DNA of 64,000 nt, from positions 146,878,001 to 146,942,000 of the forward strand of contig OX597817.1 in the NCBI GenBank assembly GCA_951406725.2. Direction: 5' to 3'. How positions within the stretch are numbered: the stretch's first letter is position 1; the number at the start of each line of letters is the position of its first letter. Shown here in pieces: positions 12,543 to 31,273 of this stretch. This stretch comes from Octopus vulgaris (lineage: Eukaryota). The notes below the pieces were generated by a model. It did no database searches. It worked only from the letters and a program-made list of their open reading frames with translations, and was not told the origin of the DNA. The position numbers and the translations under genes were made by a program.

Positions 12543-14533
12543 TCATACGCATACACACACATACATATTCGTATGGAATTGAATAGTAGAAGAAATAAAC
12601 CAATAAACAAATTGAGAGAATACACACACGTGTATGTATGTCTATACATTCATATATACATACACGCATACACACATAAATATCGAAACCTTTCTATCTC
12701 CGTCTCTCTCTCTCTCTCTTTACATAAATGTCGACAGAGAGAAAGAAAGATACACGGATAATGGAAGCCAAAACGCTAGCCTCCAAGCTATATGATGTTG
12801 TAAAGTAGTCGAAAAGTATTGAGGAATGCTGAGATTTGAAGACAGTTTGGCAAACTCGATGAATGAAAGAGAGAAAGAATCAGAGACGAGGAGAAGTTAG
12901 GAAGAATAAAGAGATGGAAGAAGCTGAGAAATAGAATAAAAAGTGGATGGATTTGTGTTTGTATCTATTAATGTTATTGCTTTTATTGTTTAACCCCTGG
13001 TCAGCTCCCGCGAGGCAAACCTACGATCAAAATGCATTCCATCCATGACCACCGATGGAATGCCTTTTTTCGTTTTACAGATACAGTTTATCATGTCTTA
13101 CATTATTCAGTCTATACTTTGATTTTTAAAGCACAGTAGAACGTGTGATATGAGAAGGATTTGGCTGCTATTTCTAGCTGTTAAAGTGACTGTATAGAAG
13201 CTGTTTCGATGGCTCGTGCGTGTGTATGTGTATCGTTACCGTGTGTGTGCATATGTGAGATGTAAGGAAGCTGAATGACGATAGGATATGAGAAAGAAAG
13301 CGGACGAAATAACGAATCGAAAATATATTTGTGAAAAATGTCAACAGATAAGGAAAGAACAAATATTAAATAGCAGGAAGAAAGAGACGCGAGGAACAAG
13401 ACATATTGGGGAATAATATTGTAAAGGAGGGAAAGTAGAAGCAGGAAGAAAAGGAATATGTACAGATATATATATGTGAAAAATTTGTAGTGATCTAAAT
13501 GGCTAAGATGGCGACATAAAGGTTTTGAATATTCTGCCAAGCTACGTTTGGCGGAACTCAATTCTATGCACGCTCAGAGATTACCAATAGGGAAGTGGCA
13601 TAAGACGTGACTTTTGTCGGATTTGGCTATTTGCATGCGACAGTAGTAGCTGCTGATATCCATTGATCGCTATCAAACACATTTTAACACATCGTCTACT
13701 TTTCTAACCTGTCCTGCCCTGTCTTTCTCATCATATTGAAATACCAGATTAGTGTCCATTTGCAGCCGACAACAATCCGCCATTTTGGAAAACGATGCAA
13801 TTTTTCCGGCTTGTTTTGCTTGTCTTCTCTAGATATATAGTTTTTCCATGCAACATTCGATTCTTTAACACATCTAGGATTCTTAGATTGCTACATTCTT
13901 TGATTTCACGATTTCACAATTCCCAACTGCTATATTCAAAAGCTATTTCAGTAATCTATATCATTTTATTTCTGTATTTTCAATCATATTAATTTTAAAT
14001 TTATAAAGATATTCTCCTGAGCATTATTTTTATGTTCATGACATTTGCTTTTATCTATCTGCTTATATGTTTATTTATTTATTTTTATTAAAAATTATCA
14101 TGTTGAATGATTTGATAAAATGCTGACTTCAAACAGCGGTCTGACAGAAAGCCATTTATTATTTCAGAAACTGTAGTATTTTTATGTCATTTCTTATATT
14201 ATCGATGAATATGGTATTACTTTAAAAAAAAAAACAGCTGTGATTATACGTAGATGCGTTAGGATTCAATTTCATTCTCTATGACAGAATCCTGGAACTG
14301 TGTTCAAAACTAAATCGGTGTTCACGGCTGTAACTGTTCACTGAATCCTCAGTGACTGAATAACTAGAGAATTGGGCTCATGATATATAGCTCATGGGTT
14401 CAATACAAGCTATAAATATTCCTATGTTTTTTTTCTATTTATACGATATTTCAAATACTAGAATTATATTTATATATTAAAGAAAAAAAGGCCTACTTTA
14501 TTGTAATGTTTATGAAACTTATACATACATGCT

Positions 14534-14599
<66 letters not shown>

Positions 14600-14945
14600 T
14601 GTATGTATGTATGTATGTATGTATGTATGTCTACATGTATGTACAAATACATATCCGTATCAATGTCAAAAATCGTTCAAGTGTGAAACCAAGCATTAGC
14701 TACAAGCTGTAATTGATCATTTTATGTTACGATTCAGTTATATTTCATATCCTATTCTCTAAGCTACAATAACGTTTCGAGATGCCAGCTTTGAATCCCC
14801 GAAGTAAAAGTTTCTGTTTTATAGTTTCGACTCCATCTTCAATTAAGGCAAATCATACATACATACATACATACATACATACATACATACATACATACAT
14901 ACATACATACATACATACATACATACATACATACATACATACATA

Positions 14946-15082
14946 GTAAATGCTTAAAGAAGAGTCTGGATAAACTGGGATTTTCAGAAAGAGAAATCAA
15001 CCGACCGATTCGTACATTACAAGTGCAATCTGTGAGTGGAACAGTAAAGATATGCAAAACTTTTCTCAAGTTCCACATGTAA
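14946..15082 (+). mobile_element. R4/Dong-like LINE extreme C-terminal fragment
   Basis: KCLKKSLDKLGFSEREINRPIRTLQVQSVSGTVKICKTFLKFHM*; homologous to the ends of the copies at 15160 and 23150; follows (TACA)n. Confidence 0.75.
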
Positions 15083-15159
15083 ATTCGTCTGTGTTAACTA
15101 TATCCTAAAGATTTGTGGAAGATTTGTAATAATTAAAAAACTTGGAGAGACATACATAC

Positions 15160-15938
15160 ATATATGGACCAACAACCGGATTACTACCTTCCAGTTTGAT
15201 GGGTATGCATCTGCAATTCAGGAACAGGAAATATCAACCAAATACCTGATGCACAAAAGAGATAGAGATGCAGGAAAATCCCTAAAATGTGACAACCGAT
15301 GCAGATTTTGTGGAGATCATACTGAAGATATCACCCATCATAAGCAGTTGTCCGAAAATGTCATCACGGTTAATCTACCAATGAGATATAATGTAGCTAG
15401 GAAACTCTGTAACGAGATACATCGAAAGGATAACCCCGAGGACAAAGAAGTAAGAACCCACAGTATGGTGGAAACCTTAGCCACTCATAATAAAAAGGAA
15501 TACTGGTGGAATGTTCCAGTGAAAACCTCAATAAAATGTAAGCACAACATACCTGATATAATGGTTTGGGATAGAGAAGAGAAACTGTGCACAGTTGTGG
15601 AAATTAACTGCCCAGTAGATGTTAACATATAGCTGAAGATCAGTGAAAAAGAGAATACCTATGCTGAAATATTGAGAAATCTGCAGTTACTCTATCCAGA
15701 TTACAAGTTCTTAATTATTGGGGCCCTGGGGTATGTAACACACTGTCTAAATACCAATCTTGAGAAATTAGGTCTCTCAAAACCAGAAAGCTGATTCGAG
15801 GACTACAGATCCAATCCATCGCTGGAACCGTAAAAACTGTAGAACTTTCTAGAGGTTTATCATTTAAGTATATATGAGCATGTATATATATGCAACTATA
15901 AGCATGAGATTACATACATAAAACATACAAATCTGCAC

Positions 15939-15969
<31 letters not shown>

Positions 15970-16130
15970 CATACATACATACATAAATATATACACAATA
16001 TCCATACATACAAAAGTATCCTGTTGTTGATGTTGAAATTCCAATGAAGGAACCTTGGATCTAGGTTAGAAACCGGTTTTTTCTCTATTGGCAAGAAATC
16101 ATGAAATATAACTGAATAATGACATATATA
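15160..16130 (+). mobile_element. R4/Dong-like LINE 3' part (zinc knuckle + restriction-like endonuclease + 3' UTR)
   Basis: AIQEQEISTKYL...CRFCGDHTEDITH...C, EYWWNVPV...HNIPDIMVWDREEKLCTVVEINCP, ...LYPDYKF..IIGALG; the UTR ends aactgaataatgac followed by (TACA)n. Confidence 0.9.
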
Positions 16131-16794
16131 CATACATATAAGTTGACAGATATACGAACAGGTAGATAGATACTTACATACATGCATACATACATATATA
16201 CATACATATACATACAAGTATACATGCACATACATGCATGCGTACATACATACATACATGTATATGTGTGTGTATTTGTATGTTGTATGTTTGTGTCCAG
16301 TTCCATTTGTATGTAATATGAATGCAAATCTATTGTGTTTGCGTATTTTAGTATTATATATTTGTGTGTCCATGTGTATATGCGTGTGTAGAAATACAAT
16401 CATACATACATACATACGTACATACATACATACATACATACATACATGCATACATACACACACATACATACAGACATACATACATACATTCATACATACA
16501 TACATACATATATACATACATAAAAACATACATACATTCATACATACATACATACATACATACACACATACATACATATATACATACATACATTCATACA
16601 TACATACATACACACATACATACATATATACATACATACACACACATACATACATACATACATACATACATACAATCATACATACATAAAAATATACATA
16701 CATACATAAAAACATACATACATTCATACATACATACATACATACATACATACATACATACATACCATACATACATACATAGATAAATACATAA

Positions 16795-16980
16795 ATAACT
16801 GGTTTGAAACCTCCATTTTCTACATCCAGATTATAAATTTACATTTATACCAATAATAATTGGTGTCCTTGGTTTTGTGAGTAAATGCCAAACTGACAAT
16901 CTGGATAACCTTGGATTTTCAGATAAAGAAATCCACCAACTAACTAGCACATTACAAATAGAATCTTTAAGCGAAACAGT
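16795..16980 (+). mobile_element. R4/Dong-like LINE C-terminal fragment
   Basis: LHPDYKFTFIPIIIGVLGFVSKCQTDNLDNLGFSDKEIHQL, paralogous to 15680-15860. Confidence 0.75.
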
Positions 16981-17444
16981 ATGTTATATATATATATATA
17001 TATGCACGCATAGACTTACAAATTTCTGCTTTGGTTCTCAGGTGTGCATTTAGTTTACCAATATAGGTTGGAGTCGAAACCTTGGTGAAAGCTAAGCTGA
17101 GAGATGGAGAACTCTAGAAGAAAAACCTGAGTTACTTCGCTCATTGTGCGTGTGGTAAACATTTACATCAAAGTTTCTGCTATCAGCATTCTAAAAGTTG
17201 TGGCTGCTTCTACACAAGCCTTAACCATTGAAAACAAATCATCTTTGTTGTGGCTTAACAGTTGCTAGACACATCATGTGTCGTATTTTGATGTATATAC
17301 TCTTTTATTGGTTTATTCGTTTCAGCCATGCAGCTGCGGTCATACTGGAGCACCACCGTGGTTTTCCTGATTTAATTAGACCGGGTGTGTGTGTGTGGGG
17401 GGGGGGGGGGGGGGCGGCGGAACATCAGCACTCCTGTACGTGCC

Positions 17445-17671
17445 TTTGTCCCAGATGTTGGCCCGTTTGATATATAAGGGAGTTTGATCCTGCTGCTCAC
17501 GTCTGTACTTCATATCGGGCAGTTGCTTCATCCGGTAATATGGAGAGGAAGCTGTCTAGTTTCGCTATGAAGACATCTACGTTCACATTATGTAGATTTC
17601 TGATTTTTTGTAGCAAGGCATTGAAGAGCTGTAGGCTTTTGAACCCTCGGCTATTGCTGTACCTGGTCCTG

Positions 17672-17672
<1 letters not shown>
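17445..17672 (-). mobile_element. CR1/L2-group LINE 3' end
   Basis: Minus strand NSRGFKSLQLFNALLQKIRNLHNVNVDVFIAKLDSFLSILPDE...AAGSNSL matches the LFN.LP..IRN...FK..LD.FL..IPDEP...SNSL C-terminus. Confidence 0.7.
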
Positions 17673-17707
<35 letters not shown>

Positions 17708-17792
17708 GAGGTAAACGGACAACGAAACCAAGGCAGGGCGAGTGTCTCGAGTCATTTAGAATAAGGTGAATTTGAAGTAATTAATTATCGAA

Positions 17793-17870
17793 TGTCTTAC
17801 AGCTGTTTCTGGGATATCCCATGTGATAAGTTAGCATCTCCATACACTGAGTATCCCATCATCAGAGACA
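17793..17870 (-). ncRNA. Type I hammerhead ribozyme, intact core, in cassette ~17706-18150
   Basis: Minus strand: tgtct CTGATGA tgggata...tatccca GAAA cagctg TA agaca. 5-bp stem I, 7-bp stem II, palindromic helix III (Acagctg-T), GUA site. Confidence 0.85.
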
Positions 17871-18164
17871 AGGTGAGTATGTATGAAAGTTCTAGAAGGG
17901 AATTCACAGTTTATAAAGGAATAAAATAGTAGACAGAAGAATAAAGAATAAAACAGTAGATAGAAGAATGCAGACAGAAGAATAAAGTTCACAGCTCATC
18001 TTCTTCCAGAGGGTATGTACTTCTGTGAGGGTATAATAGGTCCTTAAGTATAATCCCAGGTAAGTCCAGGTAGTATTTTGAATGTTTGCATGAAGGAATA
18101 ACGTACCTATTCGTTTAGATCACCAGTGAACTAAACCCCTCATATTATTTAAATTTATCTCTCT

Positions 18165-18210
<46 letters not shown>

Positions 18211-18238
18211 AGTATGTATATATGTATATGTATATGTA

Positions 18239-18381
<143 letters not shown>

Positions 18382-18409
18382 ATGTATATACATACATATG
18401 CATATATAC

Positions 18410-18790
18410 ATGTCTTGCAAACAACTTGCACATGCAAGTGCTACCAGTCAAAAGCTCCGTATACCGGAAGTCAGCAAGTGTATGGGGTCATCAGGAGAGA
18501 ATGCGCGCCATTTCGGGGCCTAACTCTCGACGGCATCAATGCGCACCGATATGAGGCCCCGCTTGCTAGATCAGCTGGTCATCAAATTAAGCTCAATATC
18601 CTTCTAGCCATCGCTCATCGTCTCTTTTTAACCAAATCCAGTGGCTAGCCTTCTCCACTGTAGATTGGATATCGGTCATGGTGGTATTGACTTTACGATG
18701 AGTTAGGCCGAGCAATAACGTCAGTCGTCTCACACTGTGTCCAACGAACCCTCTACTAATAGCTTCACACAATCCTCGGGCACGGGATTG
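18410..18790 (-). mobile_element. HERO/R2-group (RLE) LINE 3' end
   Basis: CEAISRGFVGHSVRRL...VEKASHWIWLKR matches the EVGCRGF...AEKAS.W.W C-terminus of HERO-like elements; followed by a GC-richer UTR. Confidence 0.7.
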
Positions 18791-18891
18791 CGCGAAGACA
18801 CCAGACGTGTTATGAATATATACAGTATATATAATATATCTCTCACCAGATAAAGTACATATATGAGTATATGTGTATGCACACACAAATG

Positions 18892-18923
<32 letters not shown>

Positions 18924-19220
18924 TGTATGTATGTATGTATGTATGTATGTATGTATGGATGGATGGATGGATGGATGTATTTATGTATGTATGTCCGTCT
19001 GTATGTATGTATATATGCTTGTGCGTTAGTGCTATTTTCAACTTCTGGAAAAGTTGGTGTTTAACACCACGATACCTTTTAATTGAGTTGTGTTAAGATT
19101 AGAGGTGTTTCACCTGCAACCATCCCAGCTTCTTTCAAACTACTTTTTGCAATTGTTATGCAAGATTCTGGTCGTGGAATCATGCATTGAAACCGATATA
19201 GCTTTATGTTGGGTGGATCT

Positions 19221-19332
19221 GCCAGTAAAAACACGCACTGGTTATGTTTCACTTCATTATATTATCAATCAGTCTCATTAATCGATAATATTACTGAAGT
19301 GAGACGTTACCAGTACGTGTGTTTTTATTGGC
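19221..19332. mobile_element. Short inverted-repeat cassette with a degenerate HHR-like motif
   Basis: Arms 19221-19269 and 19281-19332 are imperfect reverse complements; the minus strand of the left arm reads actga TTGATAA tataatgaagt GAAA ca TA accagt. Confidence 0.45.
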
Positions 19333-19866
19333 TGTATTACGCTCATAAAATACAACAATATTTGAGTTCCATTTTCTTTATTTAAAAAGACAGAGTTTGA
19401 TTTAAGGAATATTTGGCTACTATTTCTATTTGGCCAAAAAACTACGTAGCGGTTCCTTCGCAGTCTCGTTGGTAATATACATTTGACGATAGGTGCACTA
19501 AACCATATAGATATATGCTTCTAAGTATATCAGATATAAAAAATGTATGACTATTCCAGCAGAAGAATCTATTATCTTAAATTCGTTTAAATGCAATTTC
19601 AACACAACACATTTACATTTCAACATTAGGAAATGAAAACATACAAGCATAAAAACACATACAAAACAGATATAAAACACACATGCACAGATACGCACGC
19701 ACACATGCACACACGCACACACACACAACACATATACAGAGAAACAAAAATCGTATTTCGAATCCATTTGTAATGGAGATTTTGCTAATATTTCAAAAAT
19801 TCTGAGTATGAATTATAAGATGAAATGTGATTGGTGGATGGCATAGTAGAGAAAAAAAAGCAAAGA

Positions 19867-19869
<3 letters not shown>

Positions 19870-19956
<87 letters not shown>

Positions 19957-19957
19957 C

Positions 19958-20012
<55 letters not shown>

Positions 20013-20017
20013 TTAGA

Positions 20018-20105
<88 letters not shown>
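19870..20105. repeat. Long (TAA)n microsatellite
   Basis: Directly visible; explains the poly-Ile ORF 19827..20129. Confidence 0.95.
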
Positions 20106-20785
20106 GTTATAGTAAACGAAAAGAAATAAAAATATAGCCCCGAAAGATATCAGTTTTATTGCAACTAGCTAGGGGAAATTTATTAAACAGCTGAAATATA
20201 TACTCTATAGATCAATATAGTGGCGAGGGTCTCGAATTCAATTAATTTTCAGATATTGAAACTATCAGAAACAGCAACAACAATAACATCAGCAGCAGCA
20301 GCAGCACCTACAACAATAACTATTACTATTACCACTACTGCTACAATAATAACAATAACAGTAACGAAATTGTGACGACTAATACTGCTACTAATGTTAT
20401 TTCTATGCCGGAAGCGGCAGCATCTACAACAACCAAAATGTTTTTCAATCAAACACGCACAAACTAAACGAAAAAACAAAAGAAGAAGAAAAAAAAAAAA
20501 CAGGATAGCAACAGCAAAATAAAAAAAACCCAGAAAAACAAAAACAAAAAAATAAATAAAGAAAAACAAAACAGAAAGAAAACAAAAAAAAACCAACGAA
20601 ACAAAAACAAAACAAGACGATACTATTAATTCCCACTTCTGTCAAAATGGAGAAATGTTTCCGGACCGATTTTTATCTTTTTATTATTTTTAGCGAATGC
20701 AGAAAACTTGTTGGTTTGTATCACTGCAATACTAACCATCCAGTAGAAATAGCCACCATATGTTAAAGAACAACAACAGCAGCAA

Positions 20786-20817
<32 letters not shown>

Positions 20818-20913
20818 GCAGCAGTAGCAGTAGCAATTGCAGCAGTAGTAGGAGCAGAAAAGCAGCAACGAAGGAAAAAAAATCCCATTGATAGATGGAC
20901 GTTTTATGCTTTA

Positions 20914-20944
<31 letters not shown>

Positions 20945-20955
20945 CATAATAATGA

Positions 20956-20989
<34 letters not shown>

Positions 20990-21069
20990 GAGAGAGCATT
21001 ATTGCTATTATTATTAGCATTATTATTATCATCACCATCATCATCATTAATACAACTACTGCTGCTGCT

Positions 21070-21137
<68 letters not shown>

Positions 21138-21567
21138 ATAATAATAATAATAATGATAATAATAATAATGACAACAGTGTTATTGATATTATTTAGCAGG
21201 GAACGACGTAAAGGCTGGATGGCATGAGACTGTGTAATTTATGGTCGTTAGCAAATGTGCTTTGAAGCGAACAAGCATGTTTTATAAGAGTCGCTCGGGG
21301 AAAAGGGAGGAAAAAAGGAGGAAAGAAGCATATGCTGAAAGCCTGGAGTCTTTGAATCAGTGATAACTTTCTGCAAGTCTTCAGCGCTAAGATTTCCTGG
21401 TTATTTAAGTTGTTACCGTCGGTCGATGACACCATGTTGATATATACATATGCGTCTATGTGTGTGTGTATGTGTGTATGTGTATGTACATATATAATAT
21501 ATATAGGAGTGTGTGTATACATAAATGTATGCATGTATACATATGTGTATATGTATATATATATGTG

Positions 21568-21599
<32 letters not shown>

Positions 21600-21775
21600 A
21601 TACACACACACACACACGCACACATACACACACATATATATTGGGTTTCTGTCGAAAGCAATTCGTTAACGCAAGTATCATGGTTTATCCGGTGTTAGCA
21701 AAGTTCCTGCTTTTGTTGGTAACTCACATACTACTCTCTCTCTCTCTCACCCCCCACACACATATAAACATGCGC

Positions 21776-21913
21776 AGGCGCAGGAGTGGCTGTGTGGTAA
21801 GAAGCTCGCTTCCCAACGACATGGTTCCAGGTTGAGTCCCACTGCATAGCACCTTAGGCAAGTGTCTTCTACTATAGCCTCGGGCTATAGACGGAAACTG
21901 AAAGAAGCCCGTC

Positions 21914-21949
<36 letters not shown>

Positions 21950-22284
21950 CAAAAAAAGAATGAAAAAACTACTATATATATATATATAGGTGAGAGAGTT
22001 TGTCTTTTATATATGTCTTTTATATTTTTGTCTTTTATATTTGTCTTTTATACAGGCGGCGAGCTGGCAGAGACGTTAGCACGCCGGGCGAAGTGCTTCG
22101 CGGTATTTCGCCCGTCGCTACGTTCTGAGTTCAAATTCCGCCGAGGTCGACTTTGCCTTTCATCCTTTCGGGGTCGATAAATTAAGTACCAGTTACGCAC
22201 TGGGGTCGATGTAATCGACTTAATCCGTGTGTCTGTCCTTGTTTGTCCCCTCTATGTTTAGCCCCTTGTGGGTAGTAAAGAAAC

Positions 22285-22372
<88 letters not shown>

Positions 22373-22590
22373 GTTTGTTGTTTGTGTCTGTGTTTGTCCT
22401 CCCACCATCGCTTGACTACCGATGTCGGTGTGTTTACGTCCACGTCACTTTGTGTTTCGGCCAAAAAGAGACCGATAGAATAAGTACTAGGCTTACAAAA
22501 AAAAAGTCCTGGAGTCGATTTGTTCGACTAAAAGTGGTGCTCCAGCATGACCCCAGTCCAATGACTGAAACAAGTAGAAGTGAGTAAAGA
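21776..22590 (+). mobile_element. SINE family C with a nested family A SINE in its (TA)n tract
   Basis: Family C head at 21776 and tail to ~22590; family A copy at 22054-22283 in between. Confidence 0.88.
22054..22283 (+). mobile_element. SINE family A, full length
   Basis: aggcggcgagctggcagagacgttagc...gagttcaaattccgccgaggtcgac...gccccttgtgggtagtaaagaaa. Confidence 0.92.
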
Positions 22591-22679
22591 GTAACATAAC
22601 TGGATATGTGTATATTCAGATATATATATAGATGCACATACTCAAAAATACACATTCACCTAGATCTACACTGTATGCA

Positions 22680-22925
22680 TTGGGCTGGTGCATAATTATT
22701 GCGGCTTTTCCTCACATTTTATTCAACAAAAACAATAACAATATTTGACAAAAACATCTTTAAATGATGGTCTGACCATCTGCCAGGCAAATGGGAACCA
22801 GTAATTGAAAAAGATGGCGAATATGCTCCGGAATAATCATTTAGGGATGTTTTTGTTATATGTTATTGTTTTTATTGAATAAAATTTGTTGAAAAAAAGC
22901 CGTAATAATTATGCATCAACCCAAT
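22680..22925. mobile_element. Mariner-derived MITE
   Basis: TIRs attgggctggtgcataattattgcggc / gccgtaataattatgcatcaacccaat extend to ~90 bp imperfect arms; the centre keeps KWEPVIEKDGEY, a mariner transposase C-terminal motif. Confidence 0.8.
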
Positions 22926-22929
22926 ATGT

Positions 22930-27430
<4,501 letters not shown>

Positions 27431-27589
27431 TGTATGTATATCTGCCTGTCTGCCTGTCTGCCTGTCTGTCTGTCTGTCTGTATATATTATGTATGTATGT
27501 CTTTTCTGTCTTTAATCATTTAAATTCTTCCTTTGAAGAAGATGCAAAGATGCAAAGCTGCATTTTTGGAATGTAGATAACAAAAATAA

Positions 27590-28140
27590 TGAGAAAAGTC
27601 TTGCATAGTTTTACTGTTCAACTTTCAGATTTCATTTGCAATGTCAGTTGGTGGATTTCTTTTTCCGAAAATCAAAGCTAATCCAGACCGACAGGCATTT
27701 ACTTACAAAACCAAGTGCTCCAATTATAATTATTGGTATAAATGAAAATTTGCTATCCGGATATAAAAGCTGGAGGTTTCGATGTAGTTGTCAATAGTTA
27801 TGTTCCTTCTCTGATTTTCAAGGAGATATTCATATAAGCAGGACAGCTGACCTCGATGATGGTACATACTTTTTCTTGTCTGTCCCGAACAACAATACCC
27901 GACCTATTATGCTTACATTTGACAGATGTTTTGGTGGGAATGTTCCACCAGTATTCTTTGTGCTGGTATTTGTGCAGATATATGATAACAGAGGGATTCT
28001 CTATTTCTATTCCAGACAGTCTTTTATTTCCGAATGACATTGTATATTGTTTTTGCGACAACGTCGTGTCGCATAAAGAGGTTATACATTGCTCTGTTAA
28101 AGTATTTGATGACATCATATTAATGCATCCAACTGATTAA
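27590..28140 (-). mobile_element. R4/Dong-like LINE endonuclease fragment
   Basis: KEYWWNIPTKTSVKCKHNRSGIVVRDRQEKVCTIIEVSCP, paralogous to the ORF at 15249..15632. Confidence 0.85.
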
Positions 28141-28373
28141 AATTCTATTTATTTGTGCAGCTGATGATAACCCTGCATTTAAATTGATGTAATGATTGCA
28201 TTGTTCAATTAAATGGAGCCGCTTGAAACGGTCGTACTGCATCACTTCTTGATATCCTGTTGCTTATTTTGATTATTTATATATATATATAACAAAGTGG
28301 AGTTGTAAGGTACCGCACGAGTGGAATTATGTATGAAAGAAGGTTTGAAAATGCAATTTTAAAAGATGTTTAT

Positions 28374-28418
28374 TTACTTTACCGGCTTCACTTTATAGAA
28401 AAAGATTGTCAAAAGTAA
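28374..28418 (-). ncRNA. Hammerhead-like motif with U3-A8 core variant
   Basis: Minus strand: ttactt TTGACAA t cttt-ttctat-aaag t GAAG ccgg TA aagtaa. 6-bp stem I, palindromic helix III; the cassette lies between two (TA)n tracts. Confidence 0.6.
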
Positions 28419-28438
28419 CATGTAAAAGTTTGGTCGTG

Positions 28439-28470
<32 letters not shown>

Positions 28471-28479
28471 TTTTGCACT

Positions 28480-28800
28480 TTTAATTGTTTCAATGATTTG
28501 ACTGCGGCCATGCTGGAGCACCGCCTTAAAGGGTTTTAGTTGAAGAAATAGACCCTAGAACTGATTCTAACGGCATTTTTTGCCGAACCGCTAAGTTACG
28601 GGGACATAAACACACCAGCGTCGATTGTCAAGCGATGGTAGGTGAGAGGACAAATACAGACATGCACACTCACATAAACACACACACGCACAAACACACA
28701 CACAAACACACACACAAACACACGCACACACACGATGGGCTTTCAGTTTCCGACTAACGAGTCCACTTACAAGGCTTCGGTAAGCTCAAGGCTATATAGA
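28480..28800 (-). mobile_element. SINE family C, 5'-truncated
   Basis: Reverse complement of the family C tail (gcggccatgctggagcaccgcc...gccgaaccgctaagttacgggg). Confidence 0.85.
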
Positions 28801-28983
28801 CAGCAGTATGCAATGATTGCCAAAAAGGAAAACCATAATTGTGACTAAATATGACTAAGGTATTAAAAACATCCACATTGCTAGAAATAAGGGCTAAATG
28901 CTCCAATGCTGTTGTCAAAGCAGATAATTGTATACATATATACTGATAGAGAATATAATCGTCCGAAAACACTGATCGAGAAT

Positions 28984-29034
28984 TCCTTCTACTGACGTCA
29001 GTTTCGGCAATTTCCGTTGCCTCATCTGTAAGGA
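28984..29034 (-). ncRNA. Type I hammerhead ribozyme with one core substitution
   Basis: Minus strand: tcctta CAGATGA ggcaa-cggaaa-ttgcc GAAA ctgacgtcag TA gaagga; perfect palindromic helix III. Confidence 0.75.
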
Positions 29035-29108
29035 CTGGAACGACTGCAGCAGACTCCTGACTTAATCCTCTACCACTATATATTTTTTTCACCAGGAGAA
29101 TATATATA

Positions 29109-29236
29109 CTGTTGTGTCTGGGGAAAGTCATTTTCTTTTTGTACCTTATAAGTTAACACACTCACCGCTAAAATTTCCACTTATTTCTTATTTTTGTTTT
29201 CCTAAAATTTTCATTGCGTCTTGCAACCTTTTCAAT
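29109..29236 (-). mobile_element. Single arm of the 39097-39368 cassette family
   Basis: ctgttgtgtctggggaaagtcatt...ttaacacactcaccg...ttgcgtcttgcaaccttttcaata is shared with 39097-39230. Confidence 0.8.
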
Positions 29237-29294
29237 AAAAACGAAAAGAATATATATATATGTATGTGCGTATATATATGTATATATATCTATG

Positions 29295-29415
<121 letters not shown>

Positions 29416-30923
29416 ATAGTATAAAAGTATATATATTTATCATTTGTCAGCAAGAAAACTTTTGACAGTGACTTTGAAGTGTTGGACTGCTTATATCTGC
29501 ACCAGACTGTCCGAAGAAGGCCTACAAAGTAAAGAGAAAGAAGCAGACAAGAGGTTTCCTATGACTAGAAATTTAAAAAAGGATCTTTCTGAAGAAGCGA
29601 TAAACGTCTGCTTTACGCTTCGATTTAAAATTCAAGCTTCTGCTTCCGCCATGATTGACCTAAAAGCAATCATCTCCCTTTTCGTTAGTTTTTGGGTTTT
29701 TTTTTTATTTAAACATGTGGTGTGTCAAGGCACACCACATGTTTAAATATTGGTTAAAAACCACAAAACACACTCTTTGTACACGTAACATAGATAAATT
29801 CGTATAAACCATATCACGTATACATATATACATATTGATTTTTTTACATACGTATAATACTTCAGATTTAATAAAAGTTAAGAAAGACGATTTTGATGCT
29901 TTTCTCGAGGACATTAAGTATGAAATCGAAGGAAACATCTTCAACACGGAATAGAAACCTGATTACAATATTAATTTGCCATCAGCTTACCTTAACTTCC
30001 CATCGCTCGCTCCTGAAATATAAATTAATGAACGCAAGCAAAACAATTGCATATTTGTTGACGAATATTAAATGTGGCGTGATGTTTCACATATATCGTT
30101 GTGTTACTCATTAAAACAACAACTAAAAAGAAAAGAAGAAAAAAATCAAATTATTGAATTTCAGCGGTGACTGGCAGAAATATAGACATATTTTTGTTAT
30201 TTTTTGTTTGGATTATTTCCATTAAAAATTACGGCGTGTATTTCATTTCTTCACAGTCACAATAATTAGATGAAAATATATGATAATTCGGCACGAACAA
30301 AGTATACAAATTTAACAAAAAAAAAAAAGAAAAATCTAAAAACTAAAGAAAAAACTAGCAAAATAGTTTTGGTGAAAAAATCCTTGGAATGATCGAAAAT
30401 AAACGATGAAATATATTGTCAAAACTACAATTGATTAAAGAAGAGATAACAAAACACTGACCTTAAATAAACTTATTGAAATATATTAAATATTTCTTGT
30501 AATTTTTGTCATTTATTTTAAATAACTTTTGACTCAATAGGAAGCTGTATTGAGTTAATTACACTGTTATGTCTTAATTTCATATTCAAAGACAGTCGTC
30601 TTAAGAGTTGAGGAAATTAAGTGAAATTTAACTGAATGCATTTATAGCTTTTGGGTTTTAGCATTCTTGTCAGATCCCCGATCAGAAAATAGAAAATAGC
30701 AAAAAAAAAAAAGGAAAAAAAGGAAGAAAATAAGAACAAGAATAAAAGAATAGTTGAGTTGAGAGCGTCATATCGTGACACCCAGAATATTAACGCCAAA
30801 CACAATTGACATGGTATTACATCAGAGTGGAGATAATAATGACACCATCAGAAACGATATCGTGAATAACAATAATAACACCAACAAAAATATGAACAGT
30901 AACAACTTTGATAACGATGATGG

Positions 30924-30954
<31 letters not shown>

Positions 30955-30962
30955 GATGATGA

Positions 30963-30997
<35 letters not shown>

Positions 30998-31021
30998 ATA
31001 ATAATAATAATAATAATGACG

Positions 31022-31188
31022 ACGAAATTGGAATAAAGCGCCCGGTAGAACAGTTACAAAAGGTTTGCCTCCTTGGCACGGCTAGAATAATCAAGAAAGT
31101 ATTAGATAGCCGAAACGAACGGATAACATGGCACTGTAAGCTGCAGGTAGCAACCCCGCTACGTATGCAGGACTTGTGATAAAAAAGA

Positions 31189-31190
<2 letters not shown>
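31022..31190 (+). mobile_element. Dong/R4-like LINE extreme 3' end within (TAA)n
   Basis: EIGIKRPVEQLQKVCLLGTARIIKKVLD matches the LQK..LLGTARI.RKVL C-terminus; flanked by TAA repeats. Confidence 0.8.
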
Positions 31191-31262
<72 letters not shown>

Positions 31263-31273
31263 TAATAATAATA

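Noticed and set aside
17060-17095. gtc GAAA ccttgg TG as another hammerhead
   Set aside because: There is no CUGANGA-like core or stem I partner upstream, and the triplet ends in G.
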